Source: the human T2T-CHM13v2.0 reference genome, Homo sapiens. From it: DNA of 64,000 bases. Under the pieces are notes generated by a model. That model worked only from the letters and a program-made list of their open reading frames with translations, had not been told where the DNA came from and made no database searches. Below, in pieces: positions 30,750-48,322 of the stretch; the stretch's first letter is position 1; every line of letters begins with the position of its first letter. The translations under genes and the position numbers were made by a program. Where the stretch lies: the NCBI RefSeq assembly GCF_009914755.1, contig NC_060925.1, one strand, 5' to 3'.

Positions 30750-31793
30750 TTAAAGATACTTTGTGTACAGTGGTTACTGATGCTGGTGCTGGCCTGAAAA
30801 AAAGCCATTGCTCCCTATAGTATGAATCACCTCATTCCATTCTATTTTCCTTTCTAGGAATGAAGACTTCGGAGCTCCAAAGCTAGTGCATTTTAAAAAC
30901 CCGTAAGTGGGTGTTTTGAGCCACTCATCTACTCTTCCACTCTTGTGCTTGCTGCAGCCTTCCTCCCAAAAGATGTGAGTGCTTTTGGCAAAGCTGGGGC
31001 TGAGAGGTGGGAGAAGTTCCCTGCTGAAGACAGTGATATGTCTCTTGCCTTAGGTCAGCAGTTTCCTTCAAAGGGAAAGGTGTAGGGTGAAGTGTGGAGG
31101 TGTAGGTGTTACAGAGGGCGAGAGAGGGAAAGGCCAACATAATCCATTTGTGTTTTTCAACTAATTACCCATGCACTCAACAAACACTGACTGAACCAAT
31201 TACATGCCACACCTTGGTTACAATCAGGCCCTGGAGTTTACAATAGTGAAGAAGACAGACATGGTTCCTGCCTGCCATGTGGGAGCAGTAGGGAAGACTG
31301 AAAAGAAACAGAGACAGTAAATAATTACAAGTATGGTAACTGCTGATAGGAAATAAAGAATTGGCTATTACAGAGAAGACTCAAGAGTGGAGGATGGGAC
31401 AGGACATTGACTTTGGAATAATCAGAGAGGGCCTCTCTGAGGATGTTAAGGATTGGATTTGAAGGATTGGACTATAAGGGATAGAGAAGCCAAGGGAGAA
31501 TTCCAAGCAGAGGAAAATGAATTGTGTAAAGCTGAAGTCAGCCCAGGCAAACTGAAATAAACTAACCATGCTCTGGGGGAGTCTCCAGGTCCCCATCTAG
31601 ACTGCTTTCCCCAGAAAGAATCCTTCTGCCCCAGGCCCGGTGCTTCCTGGTGCTTCCCTTTGTTTGATCCCAACATGCCCCTGGTGAGAGTTTGAGAACT
31701 CATTTTGTCGGGATCTGCAATTCATTTTGGGTCTCATCCTTCAGCTGTATCTCTGAGGCAGGCTAGCAGGTGTTCATCAAGAAAGGAGGACAC

Positions 31794-32117
<324 letters not shown>

Positions 32118-32182
32118 CTACCCTTTTATTTTAGGACAAGCAGGCCTTGGTAAAGCTTACTGTTACAAATTCTTTAGGTTTT

Positions 32183-32400
32183 CTGGAGCCAGACTGCTTA
32201 GGTTAGAGTCCTAGCTCTGATACTTGGAAGCTATAACTTTGGGCATATTACTTAACTGCTCTGTACCTGAGTTTTTTATCTGTAAAGCAGGCCTTTAAAA
32301 AACAATCTACCTCATAGGATTATTGTGAGAATTTAATAAGTCAATGTTAGTTAAGTGCTAGAGCTAAGTACCTATCACATAAACATTCAACAAATGTGTT
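32183..32400 (+). mobile_element. MIR
   Basis: TCTGGAGCCAGACTGCTTAGG...CTACCTCATAGGATTATTGTGAGAAT. Confidence 0.85.
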
Positions 32401-32796
32401 GCTGTCATTGTCACAGGTAAGCTACTGTACCCCACTCATACCTCAGATGGCAGTGAAGGTGGGGATATACACTCCCTGGGCAGGGTTCTCCCTGAAGTCA
32501 GGGTATAGCTTGAATTACATACTTTAATTCAGAAGCCATTTTTATACCAGGCTTGGTTGGACACTTTACTTACATCATTGGCTTTGATCTTCCCAACAAA
32601 CTTAAGAAGAATTATTGCCCCTATTTTATAGACATAGTAACTCAGGTTTAAAGACATCAACTGACTTACCCAACCCCGTGAAGCTACTACTATTCCTAGG
32701 CCCATCCCTGAGATCCTGATCCAGTAGGTCAAGGTAAGGTCCACGAATCTGTATTGCAGTTTCTATCCTCCACTCCTTCCTCCTGCTTCCAAGTTC

Positions 32797-33249
<453 letters not shown>

Positions 33250-33815
33250 CCACTTCTCAACTTTGAAAAGAGTGACCCCTTTACTATACGTTGGATAACT
33301 TTGGCCTAGATGATCTCAAAGGCTCTCTCTGTCTGCAAAGTCTGTAAAGATGAGAAAGTCCATATATGCAAAGCGGACAGTTTAGTGAGGAAGGCAGTTA
33401 ATGTAAACATAAAAACATGTTTTTAATAAGTGAACTAATCCAGTTCACACCACTGGTTCCTTGATACAGTCATTCTCTAACAAGCAAAATGGGGCTGAAA
33501 GTATGCTGAACTGATGTAAGGTGTGCTGAGCTTTGACAGGTTCACTGCACCTTCACAGAGTACCTTGGACCTTTCACAAATACGTGTTCTGTTCATCCTC
33601 TCATCTTAGAGGTATCCAAGAACAGGACCTCGTCTTCGAGGTACCACCACTAGAGATAGCCTTCCCAGGGGCTGCCAGCTTTAAACTCTACAAAGCCTAT
33701 GACATCATTTGGAATCAAAGTGGAAAAGTCATGGTAATAGTAGTTGTAATCAAATCAGTTAGGAATCTTTTGGTGACACATGTCAGAAAATCCAACCCAA
33801 AAATGACATGACCTA

Positions 33816-34570
<755 letters not shown>

Positions 34571-34860
34571 AACATCTATTCTTGTTCCATTTTATGAAGC
34601 TGCCTGGGGCATCAGCTTCCTCTAAGGCATATAGACTGGAAACATCAGAGTCTTTCTCAACATTTCTTCTTCATTTTCTACATCCAGTTAGTCATCAAAT
34701 TCAGTGGATCCTACTTCCACCAGGTTTTGTGCTGTCTGTTTCCATGTTTGGTTCCCATTGCCACTGCCCTAGATAAGGACTTGGTCACTTCTTCCTGGAC
34801 TATTAAAATAGTTTACTCTTTTCTCAGAGACTCCACACAGGTGGTCTGAGAGTCATTTTA

Positions 34861-35215
<355 letters not shown>

Positions 35216-35259
35216 TTAAATTAATTAAAAATAAAAATTTTAAACAAGTTAGCATCTCA

Positions 35260-35460
35260 TGAAAATCTGTATTGTTTGGCTTTCCCTGAAAAATGGAAAA
35301 ATCTGATAACACTGGACTCATAATCTACATGGCAGCATTGGCTGGAACTGAGCAGCGGCAGCCCACTGATGAGAAGGTATGTGTGGTTCAGTTGACCAGG
35401 TACCTATTGCAATTTTGTTCCTTGTCTGCCCTCTGTAGGCATCTGAGTGTGCAAACCTAG
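35260..35460. mobile_element. MER102-like hAT fragment
   Basis: CATGGCAGCATTGGCTGGAACTGAGCAGCGGC resembles MER102. Confidence 0.6.
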
Positions 35461-35567
35461 TAGTTAGTCTCTCCCCATTTAAACCCATCCTCCTGTAGAC
35501 CCTGCAGTTATCTTCCTAAACCATGATCTCAGTATTCTGAGTATTTCATACTCAATTTTCAGATCAT

Positions 35568-35857
35568 ATTTATTTATTTGTAGAGACAAGATCTTGCTCT
35601 GTCCCAGGGTGCTGTGGTGTGATCATAGCTCACTGCAGCCTCAAACCTCTGGGCTTACCCAATCCTCCCATTTCCGTCTCCCAAGTAGCTAGGACTACAG
35701 GTGTGTGCCACCATGCCCAGCTAAGTTTTTAATTCTTTGGAGAGACAGGGTCTCATTATGTTGCCCAGACTGGTCTCAAACTCCTGGCCTCCAGCAATCC
35801 TCTTGCCTTGGCCTCCCAGAGTGAAAGAATTACAGGTGTGAGCCACCGTGCCCAGCC
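35568..35857 (-). mobile_element. AluJ
   Basis: Diverged antisense Alu. Confidence 0.92.
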
Positions 35858-36043
35858 GCAATTTTCACATTTCATAGTTCCTCATTGACTACAGATTCAT
35901 TACACACTTGGTCCCAATCTACTTTTCCAGGCCTATCTCCAACTGTGCCCACATGTCCTCTGCTTCAGCCACATCCTTCTAGAATCTGCTCAACACCCCT
36001 TCTCCCACAGGGTTTGCTCAAGCCTCATTCTCTGGGCCTCTAA

Positions 36044-36445
<402 letters not shown>

Positions 36446-36793
36446 TGAATTTTACCACATCTGGGGAAAAAGAGTGAGCTAACGTCTATCAGGCACACAA
36501 AGCAAGGCATGGGGTTGGGGTTTGATAGGAGGTGGGGAGGAGATTTCTGGTAAAGAAAGCAAGGTTGGGAACCAGTGAGGTAGCTCAGAAAGGCTGGTGT
36601 TATAAAGTGCTTGAGGTTGCCGGGGGCAAGGCCTGGGCCTCAGAGCAGCCAACTAAGGTTCCAGAGGCAGATGGGAAGCACATAGCCTTAGAAGCCCTTC
36701 CCAGTAGCTCAGACTCTGTCCTGCAGGGAATGGGGCACTGGTAACAACTTTCAGGAGGCCTGCAATGTGCTATGAGTGTGCTTTTTCTTCCCC

Positions 36794-37072
36794 TTTTTCT
36801 GTTGAGACAGGGTCTCACTCTGTCACTCACAGGCTGGAGCGCAGTGGCATGATGATGGCTCACTGCAGCATTGACGTCCTGGGCTCAAGTGATCCTCTCA
36901 CTTCAGCCTCCCGATTAGCTGGGAACACAAGTGTGTGCCACTGTGTCCAACTATTTTTTGTTGTTGTTGGTAGAGATGGAGTCTTGCTATGTTGCCCAGA
37001 CTGGTCTTGAACTCCTGGGCTCAAGGGATCCTCCCACTTTGGCCTCCCAAAGTGCTGAATCACCACACACGC
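36794..37072 (-). mobile_element. AluJ
   Basis: Diverged antisense Alu. Confidence 0.92.
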
Positions 37073-37913
37073 TCAAGTGTGCTTTTTAAGAAAGATCAAG
37101 CCTTCCAGTGTAATTTAATGATAAAAAAAAGAAGGAAAGATCAAGCTTATTCCCTTATGCAGGAGGGTAAAATTAGCAGAAATGTGGAGACAATAAGGAA
37201 ATTATTTTAACAAGCCAGGTGAGAGTTAGCAAGGAGCTGAGAATGTGACCATCATCACATGCTACAGAGCAGGATATCTATGTCATTTTTGTTTGTTAAT
37301 TTCATTCATTCATTTAAAAATTCTTTTAATGAATGAAAGCAGGTTTCCATTTTGTGCCAGGCCCATTATTTGCTGGTGCTGAGGACATAGCTGTGGACGA
37401 CACAGGCATGGCTCTGGTCGTTCTAGAGCAGACAGTGTGGCCAGGAAGGCAGACAATAAACTCATGATGATACAATTGATGAATTACAATTGTGAGAGGT
37501 GTTATTAAAGGACAAAGTCAAGGTGCTAGCTCCTGCTGTGACTTGCACACTGCCCTGCAGTCAGACAGCCCTAGGTTCAAAGCCTGGTTTCTCTACCACT
37601 CAGGGGAGAGGCCTAGAGCTAGTTTCTCAGGCTCTTCCAGCCTCGGTTGCCTCATCTGAAAAAGTGGGTAGCAACAGCATGCACCCACAGGGTGGCTAAG
37701 AAGGATTAAGCTTAGCACTGTAGATGGAACTGTCCACGAGTGCCTCACAGGCAGCAGAAGCTCAAGAGGGGTTAATTGACTCTTCCGCAAGGTGGGCACG
37801 ATAAATCCTGGTTGGATAGAATCATGTAATTAACCTTGAACCCATCAGTCCCTGGCAATGTGACTGAAGATCTTGAGGCATGCTGATCTGAAGCATATAA
37901 AGTAGCCAGTTTC

Positions 37914-38412
<499 letters not shown>

Positions 38413-38456
38413 CTAAGGGGGAAGACATTCCCTGGCATATTAAAAAATATCCCTTT

Positions 38457-38820
<364 letters not shown>

Positions 38821-39301
38821 TTATATCTGCCAAGGTCTTTCTCTTAGAAGGTTCAGGCCTAGTCATAAACACCCTTAAACACTTCTGTCTTCATCCAACA
38901 GGCATAGATTGAATATTTGATTGACATGTGACAGTCACTGTACTAGGTGCTGGGATTATAATACAGAAAATAATGAGACCCATCCCAGCCTCAAAGGCAT
39001 CCTAACCTTGTGGGACGTTAGAAACATAAATGAATCAGTGCTATCTTTGTTTTAAGGGCTAGAATCAAAATTGCACAGGCCATAGGGTGAGTGCACAGAG
39101 GCAAACCAAGGCACCTTGCCTCGGGGAACATTCCAGGCTGTCAGACCAAGACCAGGCTCTGGTATCTAGCTCTTGATCTGCTGCTTGATGATAATAACTG
39201 TTACTTATTGACCACGACTATGCCCAAGTCCGTTATTTATGAATCAGAAGATTTCACATTGAAATTTTGAAAACAATTACAAGATAAGAAAAACAGCTCT
39301 A

Positions 39302-39650
39302 GGTTGGGTGTGGTGGCTCACGCCTGTAATCCCAACACTTTGGGAGGCTGAGGTGTGGATGGGAGGGTGGATGCCTTGAGGCTAGAAGTTCAAAACCAGC
39401 CTGGCCAACATAGTGTAACCTTGTCTCTACTAAAAATGCAAAAATCAGCCAGGCGTGGTGGTGCATGCCTGTAATCCCAGCCACTTGGGAGGCTGAGGCA
39501 CGAGAATTGCTTGAACCAGGAGGTGGAGGTTGCAGTGAGCTGAGATCACGCCACTGCACTCCAGCCTGGGCAACAGAGCGAGACTCCGTCTCAAAAAAAC
39601 AAAAAACAAAACAAAACAAAACAAAGAATTAAAAAATAAAAATAAAAATA
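39302..39650 (+). mobile_element. AluS inside the left arm of the inverted duplication
   Basis: Dimeric Alu, (CAAAA)n/(TAAAAA)n tail. Confidence 0.95.
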
Positions 39651-40289
39651 CTAGCTATATAAGCTATAAAAGATGACAGGATATTGCACGTTTATAAAAA
39701 ATTAATGGAAATGCTGGAGGAGCGGGCTCTAGGCTGGGCCCCTACAAATGGCACCAGAACAGCACCCAGATCAGCTAGCCAAAAGGGTATCTCAACTGCT
39801 GACTCCAGACTCCTACGAACTTAACCACAATCCAGGATCAGGCAGTCACCATTATCTAACTACTTTACTTAATTTAATCCTCATGATAATTCCATGAGGA
39901 GTGTGTTACATGAAGTAGTATACGGACAGCATTTAAAAGAGAGCCTGAATTAATGGTAACTGCTTCATACATGTTGCTTATTACTGTTATTATCTCCATT
40001 CTACAGTGGATGCAACTGAAGTCAGGTGATGCAACCTCAAAATCCCATAGAATCCAAGCATATGTTTTTCCCAGGAGGCCCAAAGAGCAGTTTGGGTTCC
40101 ATTGCTGGCAGAGTGGATAGGTTAAAAAGTGGGACATTCACACAATGGGATACTGTCTGGCAGACAGAAGTAACAGATTAACAACATACAAAGTGCTAAT
40201 GAGAGTTGGAAGACTTGATCCTTGGCTTCTTCTGAAGAGGGCTTCTCAGCTCCAGCAGATGGATGGCCCGTGGGAATGCAGACTATGAC

Positions 40290-40770
40290 AGATACAGTAG
40301 AATGACTTGCTTAGCATCTCTCCCTCCTTCCTCCTGGTGCCTTCCTGAACTGCAGAGGCTAGGAAGGTAAAATCCACCTTTCTCAGCCTCCTTTACTGTT
40401 TCTGGGTATGATTAGAACCCATCATCCAGATGTATTTGCGGAAGAGTCAAAGTTAGAGTCGAGTTAAATGGGAATAAAGGTGGAGTCACCCAGGTCACCT
40501 GTGTTGCTAGTGTAGGTCTGGCCAATGCAGAACCAGCACTGACAATGGCAGCTGCCTGATCCTGGATTGTGGTTAAGGTGGAAGGAGCCTGGAGTCAGCA
40601 GTTGGGATACCAGCTTGGCCAGCCACTCTGGATGTTGTTCTGGTGCCATCCCTAGGGGCCCAGCCTAGAGCCCACTCCTCCAGCCTTTCCACCAATTTTA
40701 CAAACATGCAATATGTCTGTCATTGTTTATAGCTTAACATAGCTAGAGCTATTTCTCTTATCTTGTAATT
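40290..40770 (+). mobile_element. LTR33-like ERVL LTR
   Basis: CTGCAGAGGCTAGGAAGGTAAAATCCACCTTTCTCAG and CCTTTCCACCAATTTTACAAAC...GCTAGAGCTATTTCT resemble LTR33. Confidence 0.6.
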
Positions 40771-40875
40771 TTTTTCAAAATTTCCATGTGAAATCTTCAG
40801 ATTTGTAAATATAGACTTGGACAAGGTACTAACCTTTCTGAGCCTTGGCTTCCTCACCTATAAAATGGTTGTATG

Positions 40876-41213
<338 letters not shown>

Positions 41214-41216
41214 TCA

Positions 41217-41713
<497 letters not shown>

Positions 41714-42123
41714 CTACTGAATCATCTTTGGTTTGTGTGTTTGTTTTAGTGAGGGTTAGAGAGCTAACATACAGAAGGATGCCGAGCACAGTGCTTGTCT
41801 GACACATGGTAGTCTCTTCTCAAATGTTAATTCTCTTCCTTATCTCCTCTTCTCTCCAATTATTTAATGTGTTTGTTCATGATGAGAATGGTTAGAAAGA
41901 AACTAATTAGGTACACAGTTATAAAGGATGTAATTACTCTCCCTAATAAGAGACTGACACTTTTTTTCCCTCTCTCCATAATGCGGGAAATAAAGCTGCA
42001 CCTGCCATTTCCCTGGAGGTGTCTGGGTGCCCTGGTGACTGTTCTGTTCACACCTATTTCCTGCCACTGACCGTCCTTTCTTCTGCCACTGGAGCCATGA
42101 CCTTGCTCTGTTTCGCAAGATAG

Positions 42124-42478
<355 letters not shown>

Positions 42479-42703
42479 TAACTATGTATGAGCTATTGGA
42501 CTAGGTTCTGGGAATTTGATGGTATGTAAAACAGTCCTTGCCCATATTGAGCTCATTATCTAATATGAGAGAAATACGTTAAACAAACTAATTTTTTTGT
42601 AAGAAGAATTTATTTTTTAACAGCATCTTTTTCCATCCTTTTTAAGAGATAGAAACCGTTCTTCTGTGCTCCTTACAAAGAGTTTTATCTTGGTTCCTAA
42701 TAA

Positions 42704-43099
<396 letters not shown>

Positions 43100-43431
43100 T
43101 AATGTTTACGTACTTTAGAATCAATTAAAAAATCATCAAGTACTAAACAATCACCCAAAATAAATATCTAGTTATGAAGTATGATGGGTGTTGTGAAGAG
43201 GACCCTAAGTCACCTGGTGGTAAATGCCATAATAATGGCTAATAATAATAGTCACAGGCACTTGGCAAGTGATCACTGTGCAGCTGTCATCATGCTTCAT
43301 GTAGATTATCTCATTTAATCTTCAAAGCAATTGGATGAATATTATCTCCACGTAGGGACATATGTCTGACTGCTAAACTTGTACAGCTCATGGTGGGTGG
43401 ATTTTGACTTTCATCTTTTGGCATTAATGAC

Positions 43432-43934
43432 TGTGTTAGACTGAATAATGTCCCTCCACTCTGTCCACCACCCAGTTCCACATCCTAATTCCTGGAGCCT
43501 CTGATATGTTATAATACATAGCAAATGGACTTTGAAGATGTAATTAAGTTGAGGACCTTGAGATGGGGAGATTACCCTGGATTAGTAAGGTGGGTCCAGT
43601 GTAATCACAGGGGTCCTTATAAGAGGAAGGCAGCTGAGTCAGAGAAAGAGGGAGAGGTGAGGATGGAAGGGAAGCAGAGGTTGGAGTGATGCACTTTGCA
43701 GATGGAGGAAGGGGCCATATGCTAAGAAATGCAGGAGGACTCTAGAAGCCAGAAGAGACAAGGAAATTGATTCTCCCCTAGAGCTTCCATATGAAATATA
43801 GCTCTGCCAACAGCTTGACTGTGGCCCCCAAGAACCATATCCATCTTCTGACCTCCAGAACGATAAGATGAATTTGTGATGTAAAGCCATTAAGTTTGTG
43901 GCATTTTGTTACAGTGGGAATAAGAAACTGACAA
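43432..43934 (+). mobile_element. MLT1D-type MaLR solo LTR
   Basis: GGACTTTGAAGATGTAATTAAG..GACCTTGAGATGGGGAGATTACCCTGGATT...GATTCTCCCCTAGAGC...CTGACCTCCAGAAC. Confidence 0.88.
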
Positions 43935-44048
43935 AGCAACTTTTTTGGGGACCTATCTGGCAACAGCTGGATGAAAAGCACCACATCAGAACACCAGGTT
44001 TTGTGTAGGAGGGCAAACCCCGTTTGAGAATCGTGTAAAAGATCTCCA

Positions 44049-44357
44049 GGCTGGGCGCTGTGGCTCATGCTTGTAATCCCAACACTTTGGGAGGCCGAGG
44101 TGGGTGGATCATTTGAGGTCAGGAGTTCGAGAACAGCCTGGCCAACATGGTTAAACCCTGTCTCTACTAAAAATACAAAAATTAGCCAGGTGTGGTGGTG
44201 CACACCTGCAATCCTAGCTATGCGGGAGGCTGAGACAGAAGAATCGCTTGCACCTGGGGGGTGGAGGTTGCGGTGAGCCAAGATCATGCCACTGCACTCC
44301 AGCCTGGGCAAAAGAGCAAGACTCTGGCAATAAAATAAAATAAAATAAAATAAAAAA
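44049..44357 (+). mobile_element. AluS with (TAAAA)n tail
   Basis: TSD ATCTCCA. Confidence 0.95.
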
Positions 44358-44793
44358 TCTCCAACAAGGGGCATGAGTCTGAAAGCAAAAGGAGAATGGG
44401 AGGAGATGGGACAGAAGGTGTTGCGAGTGAAGGGACAAGTGGAACCAAACCCATCAGGCCCATGAGGCCCCCGTATGGGCCTGAGTGTGAATGAAGCCTG
44501 GAAGTTTGGGCTACAATCAGATCATGGAGCCTGACCTTCAGGCATGTCAGCCTCATTGACCAGGCACTGAAGAATCATTTGAGGGTTTTGAGGAGGACAG
44601 TAACTTAATCATGCAGTATTTTATAAAAATTATAGTATCTTCGCAAATTGAGGTGGTGAGATGACAGGGGCAAGGAAACCAGTTCTGAGGCTTTTTCTGA
44701 AGTCTGACCGATGTAATCCAAGTCTGAAGCAGGCTGGTGGCAGTGAGAAGGGAGCGGGGGAGAGTCTCCCTTCTATAAATCACACTAAGATAA

Positions 44794-45270
<477 letters not shown>

Positions 45271-45290
45271 TAGATAGACGTTCTCGTACA

Positions 45291-46039
<749 letters not shown>

Positions 46040-46191
46040 TTGGACATAAGTGCATTCACCTGCTGGATGGCGTAAGGGCTGAAGGCTTTTCCCCATGCCC
46101 CGCGAAAAGCAATCAGCCAGCCATCCTCACTCGCCCTGGAGGCCACGTAGCCGTGGCGCGTCCCAGGCTCGAGCTCCCTGGCCTGTGCTCA

Positions 46192-46210
46192 GAGCGCCCT
46201 CTACAGGCCA
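46192..46210 (-). promoter_or_regulatory. CTCF motif inside a CpG-rich unique island (46071-46387)
   Basis: Minus strand TGGCCTGTAGAGGGCGCTC versus consensus TGGCCACCAGGGGGCGCTA; 17 CpG in ~317 bp of non-Alu sequence. Confidence 0.7.
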
Positions 46211-47074
46211 AGAGTGGATCCCACACCATTCTTGCTTGAATCTACTGCTCTGGCTGAACTTTTAGCCCAGGGGGAGTTTGAAGTTCGCGGCTGCCTGGCG
46301 CCTTGGAACAGGCGATAGGCAGCATCTACAAGCTTCATTTTCACAGGTGGGGGCTGCGGAATGGGGAAGCATCGTGCTGCAGTGACGAAACCACTAAACT
46401 GACCTGAATCTTGGTCCTGGCTCAGTCCACAACTAGGGTGGGGTCCCCTGACCTCCCTGGGTTTCAATTACTCAGGAGGAAACAACCCACAATGAACTAG
46501 CCACAAAGATCCTTCTGGCTCTAGCAGCCTATGATTCTAGGTGCTAATTGTCCCCACGTCTTACCTAGAGAAGGGGCTTAGTTCCCTGGCTACTGCCTTT
46601 CAGAGCTATCTTTGCTTTCGAGGTTTGGCTCAATAAGAATCTGACTTCAGGATGGGTCTTTGCAGTTATGGAGCTCATGGATTTTGTTCTTTAGCAAGTG
46701 CATTTTAAAACACCTTCTCAACACTTCATCGATTTATAAAGCAAATCATAAGAAGCTGGCATTGGCTCAAGCTCTGGGCCAATATATGCATTTTCTTATT
46801 TGAGCCACACCACAACCCTATTACCATTATTCTCACTTTACAGAGAGAAAAACAGAGGTCCAAGGAACTTAAGTAACTTGCCAAGATCCCAGAGCAACTG
46901 TATAGCAGAACGGGAATTCAAAACCAAGCAGTCTGGTTCCACACCCACAACACTATACCTAGCCCGGATAATAAGAGTTTGCATTTTTTAAGGTTTGCTG
47001 TGTCCCTGGAGATTTACATACATTATCTCATTCAATACAGCAATTCTACAAAGTAGGTATTATTATCTCAGGTG

Positions 47075-47371
47075 TTTTTTTGTTTGTTTTTAGACGAAGC
47101 CTAGCTCTGTCGCCCAGGTTGGAGTGCAGTGGCTCGAGCTTGGCTCACTGCAACCTCTGCCTCCCGGGTTCAAACGATTTTTCTATCTCAGCCTCCTGAG
47201 TAGCTGGGACTACAGGTGCCAGTCACCACGCCCGGCTAATTTTTTGTATTTTTAGTACAGACAGGGTTTCACCATGTTGACCAGGCTGGTCTCGAACTCC
47301 TGACCTCGTGATCCAACTGCCTCAGCCTGCTAAAGTGCTGGGATTACAGGCGTGAGCCACCATGCCCAGCC
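47075..47371 (-). mobile_element. AluS
   Basis: TSD TATTATCTCAG. Confidence 0.95.
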
Positions 47372-47569
47372 TATTATCTCAGTTTTACAAGGAGGACACT
47401 TATTCTCACCCAGCTACTGAGTAGAATACTGATTTGAGATTTGACCTCTGGGACTGCAAAGCCTGTGCTGTTCATTATTATTCAGCACCATCTCTGTGCC
47501 AGGAAAAGATGAAGAACACCAACTGGGTCTTCAAGAAGCTTATATTATAATCTCCTTATGAGATAATAA

Positions 47570-47810
47570 TGGTGACTGACATTTACTGAGAACTGTTCTA
47601 AGCCTTTACACATATGAACTCATTGAATCCTCACAATAACCCAATGAGATACAGATAATTACTATCCCAGTTTGCAAATGAAGAAATCATGGTACAAGGC
47701 GGGTGGGGTGCTAAGTAAATCACCTGAAATCCTACATTTGGTAAATGTTAGAGTTGGGATTCAAACCCAGGAAGCCTGGCTCTAATACTTGAGTTTTTAA
47801 CCACTACATT
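47570..47810 (-). mobile_element. MIR
   Basis: AATCCTCACAATAACCCAATGAGAT...GGGATTCAAACCCAGG...TTAACCACTAC. Confidence 0.85.
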
Positions 47811-48016
47811 ATGCAAAGAGCAAATAGTTCCTGCAGAGACACAGAGGTCATTGACCAACTGAAAGAAGCTGTCTTCAACAGCTGAAAGAAGCAAGCCTGG
47901 TCTGCAGAAAGATCTCAATGTGAGAAGGAAGGTGTCGACCCCTCAGCCCCATTCCTTTTCAGTCCTGGTGTTCCAGCTGCCTATGAGACTGCTACATTTG
48001 AAAATTATTCCTTCTC

Positions 48017-48322
48017 AGCTGGGCATGGTGGCTCATGCCTATAATCCCAGTTCTTTAGGAGGCTGAGGTGGGTGGGTGGGTGGGTGGATTGCTTGTGCCA
48101 AGGAATTCAGGCTGGGCAACATGGCAAAACCCTGTCTGTACAAAAAATACAAAAAATTAGCCAAGTGTGGTGGCACGCACCTGTAGTCCCAGCTACTCAG
48201 AGTCTGAGGTGGAAGGATCACTTGAGCCCAGGAGGTCAAGGCTGCAGTGAGCCATGGTTGTGCCACTGCATGCTAGCCTGGACAGCAGAGCAAGATGCTC
48301 TCTCAAAAAAAGAAAAAAGAAA
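48017..48322 (+). mobile_element. AluJ
   Basis: Diverged Alu with a (GGTG)n expansion. Confidence 0.92.

Larger units (their letters stand above)
39221..40823. repeat. Local inverted duplication: arms 39221-39845 (Alu-interrupted) and 40552-40823
   Basis: ~270 bp arms, about 84% identical by hand alignment; perfect 26-mer CTTAACCACAATCCAGGATCAGGCAG (39820-39845) pairs with 40552-40577. Confidence 0.9.

Noticed and set aside
44454-44484. 10-bp perfect hairpin TCAGGCCCAT/ATGGGCCTGA
   Set aside because: One or two such stems are expected by chance in 64 kb, and it lies in decayed L2-like sequence.
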